Made by a program: the position numbers and the translations under genes. A stretch of DNA of 64,000 nucleotides from an uncultured Pseudomonadales bacterium (GTDB lineage: Bacteria; Patescibacteriota; Microgenomatia; UBA1400; UBA12028): contig CAZWPK010000002.1 of assembly GCA_964635905.1 (NCBI GenBank), forward strand, positions 141,621-205,620. The letters run 5' to 3'. Positions 39,898 through 48,019 of this stretch are shown in pieces (position 1 is the stretch's first letter; each line of letters begins with the position of its first letter). The notes below the pieces were generated by a model. That model was not told where the DNA came from. It did no database searches and was given only the letters and a program-made list of their open reading frames with translations.

Positions 39898-40185
39898 TAA
39901 TCACGTTGCATGACTGGAACATCAACCTAATCAGTCCTGCTCCTAGATTACCTCCTCACACTATTCTCCTATAGCTATTTGTTTAAAAAAGAAAATATTG
40001 TGGTTTCGTGCCTATTCATTTGATTTTTACTCCTATGTAATACTTCTACTTATACCCACAACAATAAGACTCACATTATTATTGTCACCTTAACTAAACC
40101 TATATTGTTGTTATATTCAAAATATATGTTATAATCTCCCCCAAGATACCCGAAATAGGTATTAATGTGTCTCACTACATCCATT

Positions 40186-40192
40186 AAAGGAG
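40186..40192 (+). promoter_or_regulatory. Shine-Dalgarno AAAGGAG for the sortase-substrate gene
   Basis: aaaggag sits 8 nt upstream of the ATG at 40201. An AT-rich promoter region with tataat lies upstream. Confidence 0.45.
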
Positions 40193-40200
40193 TACAGACT

Positions 40201-41583
40201 ATGCGAAAGCTCGTTACCCTTTTTGCAATTTTCCTATTTGGAATTGCCGTTTTTTCACTCTTTAGCCAGCCTGCACAAGCCAGACGCCACCGTGACAACT
40301 GTGGACGTGGTTTCGTTGAGAAAATCGATGGACCAGGTACGGTCGTCTATGATGGTGACGATGATATTAATTCTATTTTCATTAAAACCTATGACGATCA
40401 TGAGGATGACTGTCAGGAATTTTACGAAGACGACAATGACGGTTGTTATGATGTTTCCGGTCTTGGTACCTCTACCGTCACTGTAACCAAGGTGGGAAAC
40501 CATCATTGTGCAGATATTGACCACGTTGAGTTCTATACCTTTGCCTGTGAAGAGGAGGAAGAGGAAGAAGAGCCAACGCCAACACCAACCCCTCGACCTA
40601 CCCCAACACCGACTCCAACTCCAAGAACGGATATTCCTGGACTTTCCTGTCCCGCCGGGATGGTGAAGTACAGTTTGAATAGTTCCCCTTATACCTTAAC
40701 CACTTGGGAACCCTTAAAAGGTTATGGAATTACCCTCCCCGCAACCAGTCAAGTTGTGATCAAAGTTGCAAGTATGGTCGGACACCCTGATCAAGGATGT
40801 CAGTCAGGTTCTTCCAACGAAGCTGGCAAATATCCTTGTGACCAGGGACAAAACCACGAAGAATTCAATGTGTTTGTTGATGATGTGCAATCTGGATTTG
40901 CATCGGATCATGGAGAAGATAAGTGGCAAACATTTTCTTTCCCATTAAGTTTAGCTCTCTCTAAAGGATGGCACCAAATCAATTTCCGCCACACGGAACT
41001 TGGAAAACCTGAGAAACAGAGCGTCGACTTTATTGCCGCTGTCTGTGCGGGACCAATGCCGACTGCAACCCCACAACCAAGTAGTACACCGGCCCCTTCT
41101 CCTACACCCAGTGCAACAGCAGGATTAGGAAAACAATCAAAACTCGCAGTCACATCCGTAAGTTGCTCTCAGCAAAATATGGATGCAATTGCTGAACTGT
41201 TTGAAGATGGCAAACCAGTTGAAAATGTAACAGTGAAGTTCATTTACAACAACGAAGCAAAATTTGCCAAAACCAATAAAGATGGAAAAGCAGTGGTTCA
41301 ATACGGATACCGCAATAACTCGGATCTCAAAATCGAACCGGAGCAAGGCTATCCATACCAGCTCCATCACGTACAGGCAAATCTGAACTGTCCTGCAACG
41401 AGTACTGGTTCCGTCTTAGGGACCACGACAAGTGTCGGAAAGATTGCCAGTGGCGTTACCACTGGAGAGATCAAAGGCATGGCAGCCACTGGTATTGCGC
41501 AAGACTTGATCATGAGCATGGTAGGATTAACTGGAGCACTGTTTTCAGCTGCTTCACTACGCCTCTATGCCAAGAAAAACTAA
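40201..41583 (+). CDS. Secreted surface protein, putative sortase substrate (signal peptide, poly-Glu, CnaB/carboxypeptidase-regulatory-like domain, C-terminal sorting signal)
   Basis: Signal peptide [81 protein letters not shown]-terminus GMAATG followed by 22 hydrophobic residues and then RLYAKKN. Confidence 0.55.
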   Translation: MRKLVTLFAIFLFGIAVFSLFSQPAQARRHRDNCGRGFVEKIDGPGTVVYDGDDDINSIFIKTYDDHEDDCQEFYEDDNDGCYDVSGLGTSTVTVTKVGNHHCADIDHVEFYTFACEEEEEEEEPTPTPTPRPTPTPTPTPRTDIPGLSCPAGMVKYSLNSSPYTLTTWEPLKGYGITLPATSQVVIKVASMVGHPDQGCQSGSSNEAGKYPCDQGQNHEEFNVFVDDVQSGFASDHGEDKWQTFSFPLSLALSKGWHQINFRHTELGKPEKQSVDFIAAVCAGPMPTATPQPSSTPAPSPTPSATAGLGKQSKLAVTSVSCSQQNMDAIAELFEDGKPVENVTVKFIYNNEAKFAKTNKDGKAVVQYGYRNNSDLKIEPEQGYPYQLHHVQANLNCPATSTGSVLGTTTSVGKIASGVTTGEIKGMAATGIAQDLIMSMVGLTGALFSAASLRLYAKKN

Positions 41584-42232
41584 AAACGTAACGAAACAAT
41601 CAACGCGTCCAGTCTTTAGAGCAACTAAAGAGGGACGCGTTGTTGGTGTAACGGCAAGTTCATCTTCTATTGCGCCTCCCCTCGGGAACAAACGCGCAAA
41701 CTCCAGTCTTGCGGCAGTAATCCTGTTCCTCTTTGGCTGCAGTTTGATGGGCATTTCCGGACTACATTTTTATTTTCAGTATCAAAGTCTCTCGCTTGCA
41801 CGTTCGCAGGTTTCCCTCAATGCTTTACAGGAACGAACAAATGTACCCTATCCGGTTCAAATTACCGTGCCAGGAAAGATTCAGAGTGCGATTGAAACCA
41901 TGCCTCTGGTGGATAACAAATGGGGAGTTTCCAATACTAAAACAGCGTTCTTGCAACAGTCCGCCCGACCAGGTGAAGTTGGTAATATCATTCTCTATGG
42001 GCACAATCGACCGTCGATTCTGGGGAATTTACATCAAGTGCATGTCAATGACATCATCATTGTGACGACGAGTGATGGGTCACTTTATTCCTACAAAGTC
42101 TTCAACCGTGCGGTGACATCTCCAACCCAAGTGGAACTCTTGCAACCCACTACACGGGAAGTCCTCACCGTGTATACCTGTACGGGGTTCTTAGACAGTC
42201 AACGATTGATTGTTCAAGCGCACCCTCTCTAG
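41567..42232 (+). CDS. Sortase (transpeptidase), N-terminal membrane anchor
   Basis: YGHN (catalytic His), LTVYTCTG (TLxTC Cys), and a downstream Arg. TM helix LAAVILFLFGCSLMGISGL. Start overlaps the substrate stop by 17 nt. Confidence 0.7.
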   Translation: MPRKTKNVTKQSTRPVFRATKEGRVVGVTASSSSIAPPLGNKRANSSLAAVILFLFGCSLMGISGLHFYFQYQSLSLARSQVSLNALQERTNVPYPVQITVPGKIQSAIETMPLVDNKWGVSNTKTAFLQQSARPGEVGNIILYGHNRPSILGNLHQVHVNDIIIVTTSDGSLYSYKVFNRAVTSPTQVELLQPTTREVLTVYTCTGFLDSQRLIVQAHPL

Positions 42233-42247
42233 TGGACGTTTCCTGGA

Positions 42248-44233
42248 CTAACCTGCTCCACCTCCACCACCGCCACCACCACCTCCTCCGCCACCGGAGG
42301 AACTACCGGATGAACCGGAGCCACTAGCACCATAACTAGAACTTGCGGAAGTCGACAAGGAACTAATTGCAGATGAGAGTGAATTCAAACTAGAACCAAA
42401 CGAGGCGCCTTCCATGAGGTTGGAGGCAGATGTTCCTGCCCAGTATGTAGTAATCAGTTGTTGATCTTTCATCGAGAGATCAATCGGCAATTCGCTGAGT
42501 GCTTTGGCCGATAATCCCAAGAGTGTTCCATATACCAGATATTTCTCCCAAATGATGACAGAATCAATCGCATCATGCTTCGTTAGTTGGTAGTCTTTAA
42601 GATGCTTCTTAAACGCAAGCCAAGCTGCAGTTTCGCTCGCTCCTTTCGTTGTACGTTTTTCTTTGCCTCCTTGCATCAGTATTCCAACAACAAACCAGCA
42701 ACTAGAAGTCACTAAAGCAATCAATGCGACTAGGGAAAGCAGAGGCACGATACGAATCACCAACGTAGAACTTGTTGTGAAACTAAAGAACCCAAGCATC
42801 GCTCCAGCAATAGACAAGAGAATGGTCCCAATTCCAATGGGTTCCAGATGCGCCTGCTTTTCAAAATAGCCTTGGGCAATATTCTCGCGTAACGTTAACG
42901 GTTCCAAACTCTTAAAAAAGAGATTTGCTGTGGTTTTGTGCTGTTTACAGTACGCAACAATTCGATCTAAGGGGACAGCCTGAAGGGATTTTCCTTGCAA
43001 GGGAACCGGCTCTTCCCCTACCGTGGTAAAGAGAAAGTCATAGACGGTTTGTTCAATCAAGCCGAGGGATCGAAGAGATTTCTCATCGGTTCGAAGTAAG
43101 AAATATTTCCATCGTTTAAAAATGAATCCTTCCTGTGCGTCACTACGAACAAACCTGACTGCCCGATGATGAACCAAATTAAGGACAGTGGCGGTAAAGC
43201 TTTTTGGGGAAAGGGTAACTGACGCGGATAATAATTGTTCCACTTGAGCTGGAGAGAGATTGGATGGCGGTTCCCACAATGTGCCGCTTAAGTTTACCTG
43301 CGGTAACGGGAGCTCCTTATGATGCTTCCAAAATCGACGCACCGTTTTTGCTCCCACAACGAGTTGAATCAGCATGCTTACCACGTTTAAAGTAATCAAC
43401 CCAATTACCACCATCATTTGTTTTGACCGTGCTTGGATTGTGTCTGCAATAAATCGTTGTTCTTGACGTTGAATTTTTTCCCGAGACAACGACCCCGTAA
43501 CACCTTGTGCAAAAACACTTTTTGGAACCACTACTCTGCCTTCAAAAAACGTTCCAGGAGAGACCCGTTTTGCCGTGAACTCAACTTTATTGGACGTTGG
43601 AATCGCTACCTCTCCAATTGCTCCATGTGCCCACGCCTGAATTTGATGACTGGAAACAGTAGAAGGCAATTCCAGCCCGACAACGACATTCTCTTGTGAA
43701 ATATCCCATTCATCGCCGATCCACTGCCAATACACTTCTGCAGTGTCTTCATGAAAAGTCACGGCATTGTCGACGATATACGAGAGAGTAAACGCAGCAG
43801 AAGTGTTATTAAGATCGTAGAACCACTTGATATAAAAGCCATCCCATTGTTCCAGTGCATAGAATGACCCTGCTCTTTCGGGAATGGGTAACGCATCCGC
43901 TTCTGATGAAGTTTGGCGATAACAACGCACCGCATCACAAAGCGAAACATTGGAAATAACATACGGAATGGATCGACCTGGCTCTTTGGACTGATCAGGG
44001 GATGTACGGATACGAAGATAGGCAAAACTATAGTCTCCATTAAAGTTATACGTACGTTTCTCTTGTACCTTCATTTCCCCTGAGGGTTGGACTTTTGCTT
44101 GAATCTCAACGTTGTCGATGAAATAGGACTTTGCCTCTACAGACTGGACACCTACACCCAGGCTACACAGTGCTAGAAGTAGGAAACAGGCTAACACACA
44201 ACGATTGAATACAGCATACAGCAATCTCATCAT
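42248..44233 (-). CDS. DUF2207-like membrane protein with C-terminal Ser/Gly-rich poly-Gly tail
   Basis: Signal peptide. N-terminal SYFIDNVEIQAKVQPSGEMKVQEKRTYNFNGDYSFAYLRI. A mid TM helix and a C-terminal TM pair. Tail is SGSSSGGGGGGGGGGGGGAG. Confidence 0.45.
   Translation of the reverse strand: MMRLLYAVFNRCVLACFLLLALCSLGVGVQSVEAKSYFIDNVEIQAKVQPSGEMKVQEKRTYNFNGDYSFAYLRIRTSPDQSKEPGRSIPYVISNVSLCDAVRCYRQTSSEADALPIPERAGSFYALEQWDGFYIKWFYDLNNTSAAFTLSYIVDNAVTFHEDTAEVYWQWIGDEWDISQENVVVGLELPSTVSSHQIQAWAHGAIGEVAIPTSNKVEFTAKRVSPGTFFEGRVVVPKSVFAQGVTGSLSREKIQRQEQRFIADTIQARSKQMMVVIGLITLNVVSMLIQLVVGAKTVRRFWKHHKELPLPQVNLSGTLWEPPSNLSPAQVEQLLSASVTLSPKSFTATVLNLVHHRAVRFVRSDAQEGFIFKRWKYFLLRTDEKSLRSLGLIEQTVYDFLFTTVGEEPVPLQGKSLQAVPLDRIVAYCKQHKTTANLFFKSLEPLTLRENIAQGYFEKQAHLEPIGIGTILLSIAGAMLGFFSFTTSSTLVIRIVPLLSLVALIALVTSSCWFVVGILMQGGKEKRTTKGASETAAWLAFKKHLKDYQLTKHDAIDSVIIWEKYLVYGTLLGLSAKALSELPIDLSMKDQQLITTYWAGTSASNLMEGASFGSSLNSLSSAISSLSTSASSSYGASGSGSSGSSSGGGGGGGGGGGGGAG
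42250..42300 (-). repeat. GGN codon repeat encoding the poly-Gly tail
   Basis: Plus-strand ccacc/tccacc periodic tract. Confidence 0.6.
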
Positions 44234-44321
44234 GATTTTATTTTACGCCTGTTTTCTGGTGAATACAGTCCATTACTAGGCAACCTACTGTGTGTGACTG
44301 CGTTGAAAAAAGTTGGTCGGG

Positions 44322-45010
44322 CTACTGCGTCGATAGAACTGAGGAAGGAACAAAGTGTAACGGAAAATTTGGACCTGACCATCGAAAGCGAATCAGTGAG
44401 ATATACCCATTATCGTAATACTGGAGTTTGATGGGATACTTCTTGCCAACATTGAGTCGAATAGTGCCCGTTTTTTCTATAGTTTGGTGATCCTGCCAAT
44501 CATCTGTCACTGCGACTTTATCTGCCCACAGTCGCACACCTCATCAGCAACAGTTAAAAAGATAAAGTCACCATCAGCAGAAGCTGTTAAAAATCCGTTC
44601 CATTCAATCGAATAAGTGTCTGGACCAATTTTAGTAAGGTCCGGTGGAAAAGGATCCCAATCAAGATCAATGGTTGAGTCGACACGAGTAAAGGCAAGTT
44701 CAGTCAAATCGGTCTGATTAAAATACGACCCGACAAGCCCTCAGATTTGGGTACTTGAATCACGGTCGGGAGTGGTGTTGAGTTCACAATGTTTGGTGGT
44801 GGTAACAATGACGTTGTCGGTTAAGCGGGCTTTAAGTTACTCGTCGGTATCACCACCTTTGATTTCCTGGCTCCTTCCAGAACAATCGAGCTACTGCTTT
44901 TCCAGATGATTCAAAATATTCCATTTTGATTGGATAGGATTGCTCTGCTTCTAGATTGATGATGCTACGGCTTGTTTTCACTGAGTGCGTAGACCAATCC
45001 CGAATCTTTA
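44322..45010 (-). pseudogene. Decayed PA14-domain protein gene (frameshifts and stops)
   Basis: PA14-like segments are split across frames: YSIEWNGFLTASADGDFIFLTVADE; KYPIKLQYYDNGYISLIRFRWSGP; QSYPIKMEYFESSGKAVARLFWKEPG. No intact ORF longer than 71 aa. Confidence 0.45.
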
Positions 45011-45087
45011 AGTTGTTGTCGATCAATAGTCATACTCCATCGATAAACTTCCCACTACCTCACCGTCGGGGATTTAAGTTTGGTGCT

Positions 45088-46305
45088 TTAGATAAATTCG
45101 GCAGGCGAATCCTCTAGGGGAAACCCAAAAATATAGAGCTCCTCCTCGGCACGAGTAACGGCGGTATACAGCCATCGTTTCCAAGCAACCTCAGACATAC
45201 GTCTAGATCGCTCTTCAATTAAGATTACCTTTTTCGCTTGGCTTCCCTGTGCTTTGTGTACAGTCAGACAGTAACCATAATCAAATAATTGTCCGATTGT
45301 TTTTTGTTGACTTTTGGAAAACTTTAACGTTTCTGGCTTATTGATTTGTTCTGCAGCAATTAACCCTGAGTAAATCAGTGCACCTGTCGAATCTTTAATA
45401 TCCACTGCGTACGAGAGAACCGTTCCATTTAATTCTCTTTCAGTAGAGATAGATGAAATCAATCCAGTCATTCCATTATAGATTCCGACTTCCCAGTCAT
45501 TTTTTAAACAAACTACAAGATCACCTGACTCCGGTCGGCTAGGATCCTTCCATCGTGCGGCTCGAGCGGCTGTATTCATCTTAATCCGCGAGGAGTTAAA
45601 CCCTGTTAAAAACAACGTTTCTTCATCCACCTGAGAAATGTATTCCTCTAACAGCACTCCAGCATCGGATGTCTGACGATTAAATTTTTCCACTCCAGGT
45701 CCGAAGCGCTGGATGGGAATCTCCCCCGTGCTTCGTGCCAACTGCGCCACTGCTAGAATTGGACTTTCTTGAGCCTGACGATGGATTTGTGAAAGGGTGA
45801 AATCACGGCTGGATAAAAGTGAGAAGGGGCTATTCACTGGCGGCAACTGGCCATGATCTCCGACCGCTAGGACAGGAATCTTGAAATGCTCAATATCTCT
45901 CCAGATTTCTTCCGTTACCATAGACGCTTCATCAATAATCAAAAGATTAAAATCCAGCTCACTTTTCCGTTTCCAACTTATGATTTGTCCATCTTTATCG
46001 GTGATTGCTGCATACAACAAGGAGTGTAAGGTAGAAATGCTATCTTCCGAATGGAGTGCGTGTTGAGCAGCAAGTTTGGAGCGAAGAACTTGGGTAGCTT
46101 TCCCAGTAAAAGAAGCAAAGGCAACCTTCCATTCTGGCTTCTTCTTATGCAAGATAATCCGGACGACAGCAATCAGGGTGCTTTTGCCGGTCCCTGCATA
46201 TCCGCCTAAACGAAAGACAGGCTCGATGGGTTTCGATAGCCAGCCAAAAATTGCGAGGAGAGCATTCTTTTGTTCTGAAGTGATCAATAGTGGTGTGGTT
46301 GACAC
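45088..46305 (-). CDS. RecD/Pif1-family (SF1B) DNA helicase, short stand-alone form
   Basis: Walker A GYAGTGKST, Walker B LLIIDEASMV, and C-terminal CLTVHKAQGSQ (TVHKSQGSE-type motif). 405 aa. Confidence 0.7.
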   Translation of the reverse strand: MSTTPLLITSEQKNALLAIFGWLSKPIEPVFRLGGYAGTGKSTLIAVVRIILHKKKPEWKVAFASFTGKATQVLRSKLAAQHALHSEDSISTLHSLLYAAITDKDGQIISWKRKSELDFNLLIIDEASMVTEEIWRDIEHFKIPVLAVGDHGQLPPVNSPFSLLSSRDFTLSQIHRQAQESPILAVAQLARSTGEIPIQRFGPGVEKFNRQTSDAGVLLEEYISQVDEETLFLTGFNSSRIKMNTAARAARWKDPSRPESGDLVVCLKNDWEVGIYNGMTGLISSISTERELNGTVLSYAVDIKDSTGALIYSGLIAAEQINKPETLKFSKSQQKTIGQLFDYGYCLTVHKAQGSQAKKVILIEERSRRMSEVAWKRWLYTAVTRAEEELYIFGFPLEDSPAEFI

Positions 46306-46485
46306 CTCCTTGTTGTACGGGAGTTGCGTACAATGGTCAAGATCGACCGTATAGTAGAAATTTTTTCATGAAAAGAAAGTAAGAGCTGGATAATAATTTG
46401 CAATGACTTTTCCTTCCTTGAGTACCTCAGTTCAATGGAACTGTTGACAGTCGCAAATGCAAGTGCCAGGATGAGTTCAGTATAA

Positions 46486-47754
46486 GTGATTCACTTCACA
46501 TATCGTATGAAAGGAAGGACTACATTGATTACCCCAAAGCAACGAACGCTTGGATTACTTGCAGCCGCTATTGTAACTGGAGCAATTGCCGTTTCGACAC
46601 GTTGGGCAAAAGCCCTCGATGCAACAGTTGTTGTTACCCAAGCTGATTTGGAAAGTTCTAAAATTGCTGCGCTTTCCAATGATAAGTGGTTTTTCTACAA
46701 TGATGAGAGCGACACCATCGATAACACATTAGGCACCTTTGTATCAGGTCCAGGAACACCACCATTTGGAAGCGACAGCGTTCAAATCAGTGTGAGTGGC
46801 ACACAACGACGGAATTTGGCAACGTATCAGTTCCGTGGCACTCCTCTAGCATTGATCACCACACTCGCCTATAGTACCTATAACCCGTCTGCTGGAAATA
46901 GCGGTAGTGCCAATCGATCGGGATACCTTCAGTTCAACGTATCCTTTGATGGAGTTGACACATGGCAACGCCGCCTAGTCTACATCCCTGCAGACAACGG
47001 CACAGTAGTGCAGAACTCTTGGAAAGAATGGAATGCCATAGATGGTGGAAACGCTCTCTGGAGGTATTCCGGACCAACCTGGCCAGGAACTGTAACCCCA
47101 GGAACCACTCCACGAACATGGAGTGACATTCTGACCCAGTATCCTAACGCCCAAATTCGTCAAACCGATGCATTCTTCGGCGTTCGGGTTGGAGAACCCT
47201 ATGCGGATGGATATACGGAGAACCTTGACGCTGTTAAATTTGGGACAGCCACAGGGCTAACCACGTTTGACTTTGAGCAGCATCAAGCTCCCAGTGTTCC
47301 TGCGATTGTGCTTCCAAGCAGCAGTGCAGTGGTAACACAATCTGCCTTAACAAAAGTAGACTGGACTGATTCAACTGGGACACACGCCCCATTTACGTAT
47401 CAGTATGAGGCCTACTCCGATGCTGCCTATTCATCTCTGGTGTACTCCAGCGGATGGTTAGGTGATTCAGAAATTCCAACTGCAGGAACTCCGATTGGAA
47501 CGTATTATTTGCGCGTTCGCGCAATGGATTCTGTAGGCGCTCAATCTGCTTGGAGCAATGGAAGTGGAACTCCTTACATGGTAACGGTGGTTGCAGATCC
47601 TGCTCCTACGCCGACTCCAACACCGACACCTGTTGGACCTCCTACCCACAAAAATCAGTGTAAACAAGATGGTTGGAAAATATTTACCAACCCTGTCTTT
47701 AAAAACCAAGGATCTTGTGTGAGTTTTGTAACAACACAAAAGAATAGCAACTAA
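46486..47754 (+). CDS. Hypothetical membrane-anchored secreted protein with FN3-like region and Pro/Thr linker
   Basis: N-terminal TM anchor, beta-rich composition, PTPTPTPTP, and a Cys-containing C-terminus. Confidence 0.35.
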   Translation: MIHFTYRMKGRTTLITPKQRTLGLLAAAIVTGAIAVSTRWAKALDATVVVTQADLESSKIAALSNDKWFFYNDESDTIDNTLGTFVSGPGTPPFGSDSVQISVSGTQRRNLATYQFRGTPLALITTLAYSTYNPSAGNSGSANRSGYLQFNVSFDGVDTWQRRLVYIPADNGTVVQNSWKEWNAIDGGNALWRYSGPTWPGTVTPGTTPRTWSDILTQYPNAQIRQTDAFFGVRVGEPYADGYTENLDAVKFGTATGLTTFDFEQHQAPSVPAIVLPSSSAVVTQSALTKVDWTDSTGTHAPFTYQYEAYSDAAYSSLVYSSGWLGDSEIPTAGTPIGTYYLRVRAMDSVGAQSAWSNGSGTPYMVTVVADPAPTPTPTPTPVGPPTHKNQCKQDGWKIFTNPVFKNQGSCVSFVTTQKNSN

Positions 47755-47775
47755 GTCCTAGTTGTATCATGTAAT

Positions 47776-47800
47776 ATCGGCCTCCTAAAAGGCGGCCGAT
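47776..47800 (+). terminator. GC-rich hairpin (possible factor-independent terminator; weak U-tract)
   Basis: atcggcc(tcc)taaaa(ggc)ggccgat forms a 9-bp stem with one mismatch and a 5-nt loop. Lies 22 nt after the 47754 stop. Confidence 0.35.
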
Positions 47801-48019
47801 TGAGTATACAAACGACCATGAGCAACAGATTCTCTACTTTCACTGCGTGTCTTCAGAAAATCATAGACCTAGTAAACGGCTTAGTTGGTACGTTATCCTC
47901 TTTTTAAAAAACTCCATGGGAGAGATTTTTGTTTTCATTCCCCTTCACTTATGAAGAAAAACCTCTCTGAAATCAATTTCATTTAAAATGAAAGCACGTA
48001 TTGCATCGGAAAAGAATAT

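Noticed and set aside
40223-40524. Overlapping 87-aa (+) and 89-aa (-) ORFs at the 5' end of the sortase-substrate gene
   Set aside because: Alternative-frame artefacts inside a gene with clear SD, signal peptide and domain content.
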